Below are positions 47,001 through 50,707 of a stretch of DNA of 64,000 nucleotides, piece by piece; positions within the stretch are counted from its first letter, which is position 1, and each line of letters begins with the position of its first letter. Under the pieces are notes generated by a model. That model made no database searches, was not told the origin of the DNA, and worked only from the letters and a program-made list of their open reading frames with translations. The translations under genes and the position numbers were made by a program. Source of the stretch: Christensenella sp. UBA6345 (lineage in GTDB: Bacteria > Bacillota > Clostridia > Christensenellales > UBA1242); NCBI GenBank assembly GCA_002437945.1, contig DJSB01000048.1, positions 5,114 through 69,113 on the forward strand, in the 5' to 3' direction.

Positions 47001-50000
47001 TCAATTGTGTTTTTGTAGTAACAATTGGCTTTGAATATTGTTTTAATTGAGCATAAATATCTATCACAATGTTTCTAGAGAAAATAGCATCAATTATTGT
47101 CTTTGAATCTATTGCTGTATCTGTCAAACTAGAATATCTATTGGCTTTTTCTTCAATAGTAGTTAATCTACCACCAGTAGCATATTTATAGATTGCTTGT
47201 ACAGTAAAGTTATTTCTGATATTTGGGTCGGCAATTAATGTAAGTATATCACCTACAGTAATGTCACAATCGTCAATTTCCTGTCCATTAGCATCAACGC
47301 CTCTTAAGGAGTACAATACTTTCTTGTCATCAAAACTATATGTGATATCTACATTTTCGTTAAGAGTTGCTGTAACTGGATAAGTAATAACACTATAATT
47401 AACTTTACTTGCTTCTTCTTTTAAAGAACCTAAAGAGTTAGAAACATATACTGTTCTATTTTCAGGAGTTAAAGAAATACTTGTTATAGGTTCGATAATT
47501 ACTAAATAGAACACTTTAGTAAATTCAACAGCATCGCCATTATTGTTATAGCCAGAAATTTTAATTTCTACTGGTATACCATTATCACTAGGAGTTTTTA
47601 CCTTTTTAGTTACGATATATGGCATATCACTACCTTGGTCATATTCAACATTGAAATATTCCCTATTCTGGTTAATTATAATATTGGAATTATAGTTAAC
47701 TTTAGAGATATGTGGATTACCTTCAGCATCGTTAAGTACAACATAGTTGTATACATTAATACCTACACGACTATCAATAGCCAAAGTTAATTTCTCGAAT
47801 GTGGTATATCTAATAATGTCTTTTATACCATCTTCTTCAGTAGGTTGATAATTTTCATCATAGAATTCAAATTGTTCGGTATATCCGATATAGTAATTAT
47901 GTTTTTCTACGAAGTAAATATCCGAACTTACTTCTTTTTCATTATTAATTTCGATATGTACCTTATCAGCAGTTTCTGGTCCATATGTGATAGGTACAAA
48001 TATATCAATAGTAACCCTTTTTACAATATCGTTAGTTGTAGAAATTTCAAGAACTACACGTGCTTGTTCGGCTTGCAAATTAGGTTCAAGGACTAATCTG
48101 TTATTACGTCCTATTATTTTACCTTCTTTATATACGATACTGAAATATTTATTATTCATAGCGTCCATAGTAGAAGGTTGTTCGTTAACACTTAATACTT
48201 TTATGCTACTAATCAATTCTTTTAAATCAGCAGGTTGATTATCAATAGTAGCAAGGACTATTTCTGTATCATCGGTAGTTTGACCTGCATCGTCATATAG
48301 TGCTTGACGATTAGATGATTCAACATTGTTGGTTAATGCAGTATCGTTATTTTTATTAATTGCTTTACCTGTAACTGCATTAATCTTAATCTCTGAATTA
48401 GTAGAAGGAATACGAATGTCGGTAACACCCAATTTCATTTCCATTGCTATAGATTTAGAAATACTATATGTTACATAATTTTCAGAAGAAACACCTGATG
48501 GTGCTAAATTATAATAATATGTAAGATTGATTGTTGGTGGATATTCTTGTGCAAGAATATCTGTAATAAGTTCATCAGTATAAGAATGTTTAATAAATAT
48601 CTTTGTACCAGAATCTAATACTGATCCATCATATACTGGAGTACCATTAGCCAAAGTTAAAGTTAATCCACTATTACCATCTACAGAAGGCGCATTAGAT
48701 ATAGACAAACTAACTTTATAGTTATTGTCTGGGTTTGGGGCTAAACTAATAGATAATGGAGTACCCAAAGAATTATTGCCATATGCGTTATAAACAACAA
48801 GTTTATATCCTTCGGTAAATACGTTGTTACCATTGCTATCATAAGCGTTAAGTTCGGTAGCAAAATCTTTAACTATGATTCTTACTTTGATAGTCATAGT
48901 AAACATACCTTCGTAGCCTACTCTATCAACATAAAGTTCAAAAATTTCAGTACCTGTCTTTATTTGAGTAATATCATATTTTTTGTATGGATATTCTTGC
49001 TTGATACCGCTATAACTATAACGGTCTTGGTCTTCAACCTTACTGGTTGCTTCAAAGATAGATTTACTATCTGTTTCTTTATTGTCTTTGTTGCTTGTAA
49101 TAGAATATTTTTGGTCTATGGTATAATCACTAGACAACTTTACTGTAAGTTCACGTGAATATACATATGGATTGGTAGGAATATTATGTCCAAGAATAAT
49201 ATCATAATATCCTAGATTATTTTTTGTAAGTGCAAAAGTACCATCTTCTGCAGTAGTCTCTAATACAAATTCGGATTCATCTACTATTTCTAATACCGGT
49301 ACAGTTATTGTTTGAGTCCTAATACTAGAGTCATATTTAGATACGCCATAAACATTGATATATTTTTCTCCATTGTTCATAGGATAACTATCAACTTTTC
49401 TTGATGTCAAAATGTTATCATTGATTCTAGCATATACAGTTTCGGTAATCCCTGTACCATCACTTACACTAGACGAATCTGAACTATCGGCAATATAATA
49501 TGTCATTTCTTTTTGGTTGGTATCTTCAGGCAAATATGTCATATATTTGCTTAAATCTACAAACCCACCATATTTAACTGCAATTGGAGATGAAGTAAAT
49601 GAAGCACCTTTAACTGGTACATAAACCACGATGTTAATATCTTCGGTCTTATTACCTTCATTGGTAGTTATGGTTAACTTACCTCTACCAGCCTTGATGG
49701 CGGATACCTTATATGTAGCACCATCTTTTGATGATGTAGTACCCGAAACAAGTTTGACATTAACTATATCGTCTACACCATTAAATGCATACTGGGTAAT
49801 TGTAATACCTCCACTTATGGATTTACTTGTTCCAGCGACTTTAACATTAATAGTTGTAGAAGAAGGATAATCAGTATTCTCTTCATCGTTATTAAGATAA
49901 AGGACTATATCTTGTGTAGATACAGACAAAGCAAAATTCTTGTATGGGTCACCACAACCATACAACATTAATACTGAACTTAAGATAATTAATAAAAATG

Positions 50001-50019
50001 TGCCTAACTTTTTAACCAT
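32044..50019 (-). CDS. giant surface lipoprotein 2 (about 5,991 aa): Ig-like arrays, 6 GLUG-repeat modules, Tyr-rich C-terminal tail
   Basis: An 18.0-kb uninterrupted frame. The ORF track starts at 50037 (MSWRYTM...), but GGAG (50030-50027) lies inside those codons, 7 nt upstream of the 7th-codon ATG (50019, context ACCATGG). Signal peptide MVKKLGTFLLIILSSVLMLYG|C. Consensus promoter at 50251-50279 and terminator at 32011-32039. Colinear homology with giant protein 1. Confidence 0.9.
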   Translation of the reverse strand: MVKKLGTFLLIILSSVLMLYGCGDPYKNFALSVSTQDIVLYLNNDEENTDYPSSTTINVKVAGTSKSISGGITITQYAFNGVDDIVNVKLVSGTTSSKDGATYKVSAIKAGRGKLTITTNEGNKTEDINIVVYVPVKGASFTSSPIAVKYGGFVDLSKYMTYLPEDTNQKEMTYYIADSSDSSSVSDGTGITETVYARINDNILTSRKVDSYPMNNGEKYINVYGVSKYDSSIRTQTITVPVLEIVDESEFVLETTAEDGTFALTKNNLGYYDIILGHNIPTNPYVYSRELTVKLSSDYTIDQKYSITSNKDNKETDSKSIFEATSKVEDQDRYSYSGIKQEYPYKKYDITQIKTGTEIFELYVDRVGYEGMFTMTIKVRIIVKDFATELNAYDSNGNNVFTEGYKLVVYNAYGNNSLGTPLSISLAPNPDNNYKVSLSISNAPSVDGNSGLTLTLANGTPVYDGSVLDSGTKIFIKHSYTDELITDILAQEYPPTINLTYYYNLAPSGVSSENYVTYSISKSIAMEMKLGVTDIRIPSTNSEIKINAVTGKAINKNNDTALTNNVESSNRQALYDDAGQTTDDTEIVLATIDNQPADLKELISSIKVLSVNEQPSTMDAMNNKYFSIVYKEGKIIGRNNRLVLEPNLQAEQARVVLEISTTNDIVKRVTIDIFVPITYGPETADKVHIEINNEKEVSSDIYFVEKHNYYIGYTEQFEFYDENYQPTEEDGIKDIIRYTTFEKLTLAIDSRVGINVYNYVVLNDAEGNPHISKVNYNSNIIINQNREYFNVEYDQGSDMPYIVTKKVKTPSDNGIPVEIKISGYNNNGDAVEFTKVFYLVIIEPITSISLTPENRTVYVSNSLGSLKEEASKVNYSVITYPVTATLNENVDITYSFDDKKVLYSLRGVDANGQEIDDCDITVGDILTLIADPNIRNNFTVQAIYKYATGGRLTTIEEKANRYSSLTDTAIDSKTIIDAIFSRNIVIDIYAQLKQYSKPIVTTKTQLTIKKAQAVEKIIPSVGESGLYFDTRLINENNVGKTITFNVLPQDAYNKTLIAEIEDDGVARIIKGVDSDNRIIGNQIVIAPSLRAGRTYIRISAEDSYYYDRSTNKDSPSKYLEISIRVADGSKEYPFEISDPQGFLGIAEDIASGNNKYYYMLTQSFTMAGEKIRPFGTFAGGINGEFTYNIGGIYYSQQHSIQNLTIEENVNCDNLTSQYKNPEYGYGLFSQLTETAEIENLILNDIQYDFVLTSSNNFNDMISIGSIAGINKGKINNNFVTGSINVVSDISNVNVGGLTGKTVSVLSIDEDIIQVADGESNSYDSKSKITGIITGKDSNSDFTNNSYNSNVAIVFKGTSKLDSLLENTQELPNINLGGVSGTFRTYTEYKYPTRSFDGNGNVVYIKGILGSKDNYNLTLSNSDPVPDTRELGTGITAMQYASEMFKSLYNLNVVANITSITNDNNALPANIGGVVGYSDSTLADNIEVLPVKLYGYKNIGGVFGFANASHIMSTLVEFANQGQTGIDTATIVGATNVGGMVGYGIDVNIAYSYVRAYFNGQSIDNSTYYGNMLLFESNEAVKSIGGLIGTLDSRGINEEINSKVNGVDSNGFEKQLGVNNAVYSFINQISTFTSSSNIRNSYFNADINAGYTQLSNDVYVGGLVGNVLKNKSGDITSYNSNNTPSTSIKALNIKDSYVYGNIARYSVPTYSLINYVPQDSIGFKNISSDNNPDYSRYHEGKVTYYVIGTLLTNTVGDTVMNGDFTRRIENTGTDTQINLNNFIKENGCEVIKVEIEYVFEEYVDEENPDEKYLKTIVTFSVVDNFSHIIGNDTMTLTTLTEKEVYNDDGNTGEGNTPSEGGGNTDKTKIYTVKTTNSINTTYGKNVELENVYTQINNYGTIIDQNVNNGNSYKLFDIVSEGKVTIKIITTIVDGTQQEVEDKTVYTSSDLQYNYASLKDQSIYNRENRTFKVDIATDDTTKNEDGSTKQDYTQPWIICEGINNNLPVLFDVDSHTKLLFKILPTNITINILDEKYKALAFNNLSFVKDGENLVLFYNELTTNTNRVYGNLNKYRLVTSYTDSDLYNMSVDDAGLTTIDSYIYPLVPISFDLDIADISKYGLSAIYDKGINITSSNRSVLEIVNSNTIRTVGTGTTVLKVSSKLDSSITKSINILVVSGISDFNLYQSKNLSVNENKVISYNEKPSDESAISHIIDTTYQYWTDTINEDSADLIDFNNTYVKNTSVGFILEVSDEGEGQALVNNVQLEKGVTYLYNSFGEFNFRGNYNGIFEFSITPFIKSEDAGFGTTLTETASSGKKINNCIVLEKLKKFYKFNIIPRAESITIDKAFANLDPVSTLDLTITTITSSFTKIGESYEVDEVVYARVIDTITNRSNGSFTLDMTGTGTNNSLLNIELLEEKIEETDNVLKVKLIQKIRISFNAEKYRNRTGGVTYNLNDVNYRIEFYPYSNTDLLSTFDIKIIPRNVNEVKMSYYASAETMEGGFYPQEEKSEYIVPARSGLLKLELTPNFSNADYITLTVDDDMGPMVAFAQQLAVVSGNETNYITGYQTIIEQPEYLPGFKGLKLKNQSMIIDGSQIYYNNWYYVLVTLNSNVQENQPITFRATSYKTYTNPVTGRKEETEIRSDIITLKAQPLPSVSITVDGKSEGIVAKGSTVELEVNAVNFEGDIVLSASTANNDAKNVEVYKDVTTGKWYLNINVGATAGDTVIVNATASKTINNILENVTSSIKLYIVEYLITGIRVEGTTYIDGRYEYEALSGTTHPLKVILDTVKDSKNTYANTLIGAFENEASGITIPYGSGDYINNWWRLNSNNEYESMFRNTTYTNFQFASLTMSDFNNTHYFAIKTKKVSNTDVISYRLKYYYDNKGVPSLYTNINYGYDIYELTFDFVLVIKDNSTYDHPNPIETVEEFMALGGLNTDGTNNEIGAVTEGHYILVNDIVLDNYYPFSANFSSLDGNGHYITIKGFNTDKYKAGNVTNIGLFETVSENTVIKNITIDISDMLIKSSQARAMLRQDPEASTPDIDLMGVTSFTFGILAGENNGSITNAKIISTKSVSTNGSSRIDGNNLLIASTTGYIDGSLVDARVGGLVGINNGTISNSYVGLNAVNYDDIGTSEERHSNVKEKYTTLTTYPFTLIGGKNISAFVNTNNGIVANCYALGVGVINTGVIFEGTNTAGFVVDNSESGNIFNSMVEGIRVENYRASQEVSLEGKGFIGGFVYQNSGKISNAYSNIYITTNSGGSGGFVYNNDGSITNAYSTAKNSNNSWAHGAFTGIDDDSEYNNNGTYLSCFYLVYEGEVANELEPAIGLSGKASTAESANNNNPFRDTGSFNGFNFAAGQDVNNVWLIDNDNFNYGPRLVSASSVDTFSHRVLVDTVVDADTNQARYDYEYDNNEYYGSDINPLLVNNATEFVTFIINNSRRVNLGNNTSAYVFGITSESNSQSSSVSANMPHYVRIINNLDFSQIILNNLVVDGKHINDIVFAGRLDGNGMTISGLRLVDQNQSTIHENYGLFNQIGLTSDQKNELTKNSATNTTVKTSIMNINIEITGVDSAQAVKVGTLAGSIYDTALINIKLSGESGVYVRGQNIVGGLAGLIINTDNSNNIVDITTDNVSVVATFSSSTGNVTDVTTLDTDAILKNGDNNYIYYNSYALDKTNTVANLRKMSYAGSIAGIINGNNRSNMPSTLLSNTDTTYRVIDDNNSATENIRKSQTKPSESKIYRLTVQNGGYIAADHAGGLFGLVDENTHIKSSKYLIGEILGDGEVSDPAFVQEIRGYNYAGGIVGENYGMLEQVYVEYISEIQKEVDSNFNTGKKATGEKDNLFGDTIATGIGGIAGYSGVMPILTGDKLTYYEINSGTFVGSIIVDSYSRVNVINARAKSAGGIVGVSAGANFFGHVYTTASVYASSYIGGLIGLYNKGITNDNLYTQDGLLQLDYAFALNQWTSDVKSIVSNNLWQSLSGKLSDQSFKVTFPEIGNTLKTGATDMDITYSSSDTIKAYAGSLIGYVNKQQDGTNYVSGEYDDNGVKFEGKGAVTLGRRTQLIGLSESAFKDYNKPSNVKFNFSTVISTTFNDANILKNNIYYVGYDSHDKKAIVNYDDTNDSNHYYTPSFDGQTLETTVDNYTPYYDAKLRNASTYVGDQLKLSTILGKNSNKSLFNMYIWDTLTLDKVDPASGSKIWRINEDFPEYIIGIFSNFVTITTDGEYDEKIIKQTSTRNQFFLIDGANNNTINISSQLVKPFEGTMIGIQKDNKNSTLKFKVNTFDSSIFKSLKNASFSNIDFEITIEEDLEIDTVDYYGFIANIVDTCSFNNSTIKIINKGDNTISHKINLMSMGLAFGRSVDTSINNVVLDTTDLAGNIILNNKTTGSISSNIAKLNIGGFVGESIRTTGNGINIVANTGNNKKIVVSDTINTEINIGSLFGSTSGSTIENINVEQLNKQDINNIIVVYSNASANTSASINYGGMIGNMNNSQLSTVYVGGNIEFGSTTVSENYSANIGGAVGRAINSNLQDINVNEYVYNEETTKDNNKVVETNRSIISTTTSMKVNIKNIGDKANTYTIGGIVGSGINTIIGGNRNSKLVSSNALPIKVTYNSDTVNESSLSNIIVGGVVGQLTNNSDSSGLFKVYNIGAINIDNNKKSNKYIGGIVGRAMGGKYEAIYNVGEIQLKESDPSSYNIGGIMGTSETNSSQNSLILTKFINFADINIIAMKTGAKEYVDAKPSADQNRLVGGVAGKMEGDGSNYEGGYTLARLLYTTDKTVQLGVKNQDNKGINGIAYANTQARNVYFVLEFMPYSNFTNNSAQSNGAVVIANNDTTTQSGGIPYAQLVPVLNKKLSKYFVCDSGTLDVQFATKSKSDGSKYSTNLPTVFKNDNNSEVEEIDINKVIYDLIETNGNDNNESNNNEYGSVGVGSKLNPIYFNTAKSNINTYILNPNYFYIFNNDVINEKTIKIDSDGSFNGLITTNNRNNLPTVKLDNLSTNYGFISNIKVLFDYTNSNNKYAIIENNYGNIVNCITYNIINTTSVTFSDSVSAFVYNNHGNIVQSGSTILIVANSVNFASGGNNQLSGFVNNNFADGFIKDCYSTMSIINSSSDLVFLRNANIISGFVVDNQGVIETSYYAGKINANVGSVFASNNDGTIRKCYYDGEAMSIKNDKVDYLDSKDVKTSNDGAGIRFVKTQTMLESSDSVRTFFKYALATTFVPSSWKYDVNSNEDEFYNFGYATINSADKVITLLNFDGSDYSPILSQLSGVEVEKRYFPIIHAGQLNALSSYQDNSSFKGFILLTNIDMSKINFNGEINNTTKNYNSYFALKKNFNGLNHIIRNLSITSANQNASVGLFAIIESASTVSNLKLYDFVLKFDTNNVQTGALAGQNNGIINNVIVDNVTIETKNTNNVGGIVGVNNKDINYSIVRDSTITGSEDVGGMVGKMKNGNIIGDGIFYNINDVTINGQRHVGGLVGNSLDNSKIEKIRVGNQTKITAKYISDTNRLLYDSIANGETKVNSNTLDSVKDKLLNADTAIGGIVGLLSGGTMQNCTINGVELTGDNGVGGIAGIAEANTIISITDRNYNWSSSAKSVKINGRFVLGGVVGLNKGTIQGYGSIRSYISANIGENTNNFNTAVGGVAGINTGAIRNVEVNGSTINGDRLFGGIAGLSTQGTIYNCYVASTTFNYLSNDDIDQDTGYMGDSLRMGISNANHGWTNNDFNSYFGLGGRGASNILECSEIDNAVAIEYGGIETKLGSNTKIAGKNAFKPLFGFITGAKYGTNVTSTYSSSSSQFNNLIDEYRIYRLRITSSTVYVAFKRDTNTVAREIKKGVRKLKLYGNTTSQALLYGDVNYYKYDSSIYNEINGFDSDLNEYTNDAASKNIDALQYLGELSKWDSSYAKKVEMAKDDYYYYGLYKYYKHDKYGDYYNALKMTAYPGMSIDFGNSYFDAKEYKSDTQNYDAGGTFGKFPATYWSGTIFKI
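32800..34190 (-). repeat. giant protein 2, GLUG-repeat module 6 (approximate boundaries)
   Basis: Head: YFPIIHAGQLNALSSYQDNSSFKGFILLTNIDMSKINF...NFNGLNHIIRNLSITS. Repeats: NVGGIVGVNNKDINYSIV, DVGGMVGKMKNGNI, HVGGLVGNSLDN, AIGGIVGLLSGGTMQNC, GVGGIAGIAEAN, VLGGVVGLNKGTIQG, AVGGVAGINTGAIRNV, LFGGIAGLSTQGTIYNCYV. Confidence 0.55.
34200..35215 (-). repeat. giant protein 2, module 5, variant (S/A)(G/A)FV-type repeats (approximate boundaries)
   Basis: Head: LNPIYFNTAKSNINTYILNPNYFYIFNNDVINEKTIKIDSDGSFNGLITTNN. Repeats: VSAFVYNNHGNIVQS, LSGFVNNNFADGFIKDCYS, ISGFVVDNQGVIETSYY. Confidence 0.4.
35220..37380 (-). repeat. giant protein 2, GLUG-repeat module 4 (approximate boundaries)
   Basis: Head (degenerate): QLVKPFEGTMIGIQKDNKNSTLKFKV. 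Repeats: NIGGFVGESIRT, NYGGMIGNMNNSQLSTVYV, NIGGAVGRAINSNLQD, TIGGIVGSGINT, IVGGVVGQLTNN, YIGGIVGRAMGGKYEAIYN, NIGGIMGTSE, LVGGVAGKMEG. Confidence 0.5.
37385..39760 (-). repeat. giant protein 2, GLUG-repeat module 3 (approximate boundaries)
   Basis: Head: NPLLVNNATEFVTFII...FAGRLDGNGMTISGLRLV (compare GDLDGNGMTINELRVV in giant 1 module C). Repeats: IVGGLAGLIINTD, HAGGLFGLVDEN, YAGGIVGENYGMLEQVYV, GIGGIAGYSG, SAGGIVGVSAG, YIGGLIGLYNKG. Tail: KIWRINEDFPEYIIG. Confidence 0.55.
39875..41255 (-). repeat. giant protein 2, module 2, mixed GG.VG / GFV-type repeats (approximate boundaries)
   Basis: Head: NPIETVEEFMALGG...HYILVNDIVLDNYYPFSANFSSLDGNGHYITIKGFN. Repeats: RVGGLVGINNGTISNSYV, ISAFVNTNNGIVANCYA, TAGFVVDNSESGNIFNSMV, FIGGFVYQNSGKISNAYS, GSGGFVYNNDGSITNAYS. 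Tail: NVWLIDNDNFNYGPRLVS. Confidence 0.55.
41260..43985 (-). other. giant protein 2, central array of Ig-like / beta-sandwich domains (approximate)
   Basis: Examples: INITSSNRSVLEIVNSNTIRTVGTGTTVLKVSSKLDSSITKSINILVV (Big_2-like) and ITVDGKSEGIVAKGSTVELEVNAVNFEG. Colinear with 22470-25440 of giant gene 1. Confidence 0.45.
43990..46630 (-). repeat. giant protein 2, GLUG-repeat module 1 (approximate boundaries)
   Basis: Head: YPFEISDPQGFLGIAEDIASGNNKYYYMLTQSFTMAGEKIRPFGTFAGGINGEF. Repeats: SIGSIAGINKGKINNNFV, NIGGVVGYSDSTLADN, NIGGVFGFANASHI, NVGGMVGYGIDVNIAYSYV, SIGGLIGTLDS, YVGGLVGNVLKN. Tail: PWIICEGINNNLPVLFDVD (about 43990-44020). Confidence 0.55.
46650..49950 (-). other. giant protein 2, N-terminal array of Ig-like (Big_2-type) domains (approximate)
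   Basis: Example: GRGKLTITTNEGNKTEDINIVVYVPVKGASFTSSPIAVKYGGFVDLSKYMTYLPEDTNQKEMTYY. This parallels ITITVMTKEGNLSKEVNVRVTRPITSLSFNQETIPVLKG... of giant 1. No GLUG motifs in this stretch. Confidence 0.5.
49954..50019 (-). other. lipoprotein signal peptide of giant protein 2 (lipobox L-Y-G-C, Cys codon 49956-49954)
   Basis: MVKK (n-region), LGTFLLIILSSVLML (h-region), YG|C. Tyr at position -2 is slightly atypical. Confidence 0.65.
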
Positions 50020-50250
50020 GGTATATCTCCAACTCATTAGTAGTTATGCTGTCTTAATCATACTTGTAAGTTGTAATCAAATAACAACTTATTAATCCAA
50101 TCTAAACTAAAGCAATAAAGTGTCTATAGTAGTATGATTTGTAGGTGTATAAAGCAAACCAAAACTAATAGATTGTATTATTTAGTATAATCAAAATGCG
50201 CGGGAATATTTAATATATTATATATATAAATATTATCTTCCCTAAACACA

Positions 50251-50279
50251 ATTATATTGACTTTTAAAAAATATGTCAA
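50251..50279 (-). promoter_or_regulatory. perfect-consensus sigma-A promoter of giant gene 2: TTGACA - 17 nt - TATAAT
   Basis: Minus strand reads TTGACA (50279-50274), TATTTTTTAAAAGTCAA (17 nt), TATAAT (50256-50251). This predicts a TSS near 50244 and a leader of about 225 nt, containing a 7-bp hairpin AAGTTGT/ACAACTT at about 50068-50090. Confidence 0.6.
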
Positions 50280-50308
50280 ACAACTTATTGTGCTATATTA
50301 AAAATAAC

Positions 50309-50337
50309 AAAAAAAGTGGGGCAATTATTTACCCTAC
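50309..50337 (-). terminator. weak candidate terminator overlapping the spoIIID stop codon
   Basis: Minus strand reads GTAGGG-TAAATAATTG-CCCCAC-TTTTTTTG. The stem is only 2+3 bp interrupted by an A.C mismatch, followed by a 7-T run. It is probably leaky. Confidence 0.3.
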
Positions 50338-50586
50338 TTTATTTCTTAATTTGAGATATTTTTGTTTGGTTGCTTCTCCACCGCGTATATTTCTTTGGTC
50401 AAAATTAAAATCCAATATTTCTTTCACTTGGCGATACAATCCCATATTAATCGCTTTGAGTTTTTTCGAAACATCTATATGAACTGTACTTTTACTTAAT
50501 TCAAAATGAATAGCAGTCTTTCGTATAGTAGATCTCGTGTTAATGATATAATTAGCAAGATTCTCGGGTCTAGATAATATTGACAT
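50329..50586 (-). CDS. spoIIID: stage III sporulation protein D-like HTH transcriptional regulator (85 aa)
   Basis: Size and motifs match B. subtilis SpoIIID from memory: TIRKTAIHFELSKSTVHIDVSKKL versus TVRVIAKEFGVSKSTVHKDLTERL, and VKEILDFNFDQRNIRGGEATKQKY versus VKEILDYHKSIRHLRGGEATKLKY. SD AGGAGAAG lies upstream. Confidence 0.85.
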   Translation of the reverse strand: MSILSRPENLANYIINTRSTIRKTAIHFELSKSTVHIDVSKKLKAINMGLYRQVKEILDFNFDQRNIRGGEATKQKYLKLRNKVG

Positions 50587-50607
50587 ACACTTCTCCTATT
50601 TTTTATA

Positions 50608-50634
50608 TGTGTATGACAACATTTGACAAAATAT
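50608..50634 (-). promoter_or_regulatory. sigma-E-like (mother-cell) promoter upstream of spoIIID: ATATT - 14 nt - CATACACA
   Basis: Minus strand reads GTAATATT-TTGTCAAATGTTGT-CATACACA-TATAAAAAATAGGAGAAGTGT-ATG. The B. subtilis sigma-E consensus is roughly (km)ATATT - 14 nt - CATACA.T; there is one mismatch, at the last position of the -10. spoIIID is sigma-E dependent in B. subtilis. Confidence 0.4.
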
Positions 50635-50707
50635 TACAAAGTTAAACAATAAAAAACACAAATATATTTTTATTAAAAACAATTAATCATAAAAAATGTT
50701 GTTTAAC

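Noticed and set aside
8697-49870. About 45 short ORFs (60-118 aa, both strands) overlapping the two giant genes, including the longest at 36620-36976
   Set aside because: All are nested within the 23-kb and 18-kb frames and translate to Ile/Leu/Phe/Ser/Thr-rich low-complexity strings. None has a convincing SD or promoter. They are the expected by-product of antisense frames in Asn/Gly/Ile-rich AT-biased coding sequence.
8211-50037. Giant proteins as IgA1-protease-type (M26) zinc metalloproteases or as sortase-anchored MSCRAMM-type adhesins
   Set aside because: GLUG motifs occur in the IgA1-protease family, but I found no HExxH motif in either protein when scanning by eye, and no LPxTG-type motif or C-terminal hydrophobic anchor. 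Anchoring is by N-terminal lipobox. The scan was manual and should be repeated computationally.
8211-50037. The giant gene region as a mobile genomic island, prophage or ICE, or as a DNA-level tandem-repeat / CRISPR-like array
   Set aside because: There are no integrase, transposase, recombinase, tRNA or flanking direct repeats. Base composition looks the same as in the flanking housekeeping genes. The periodicity is at the protein-motif level with diverged codons, and I saw no long identical DNA repeats or spacer-repeat structure.
50273-50482. 69-aa plus-strand ORF antisense to spoIIID and overlapping the giant gene 2 promoter
   Set aside because: It is antisense to a well-supported conserved gene, with no SD and no recognisable product.
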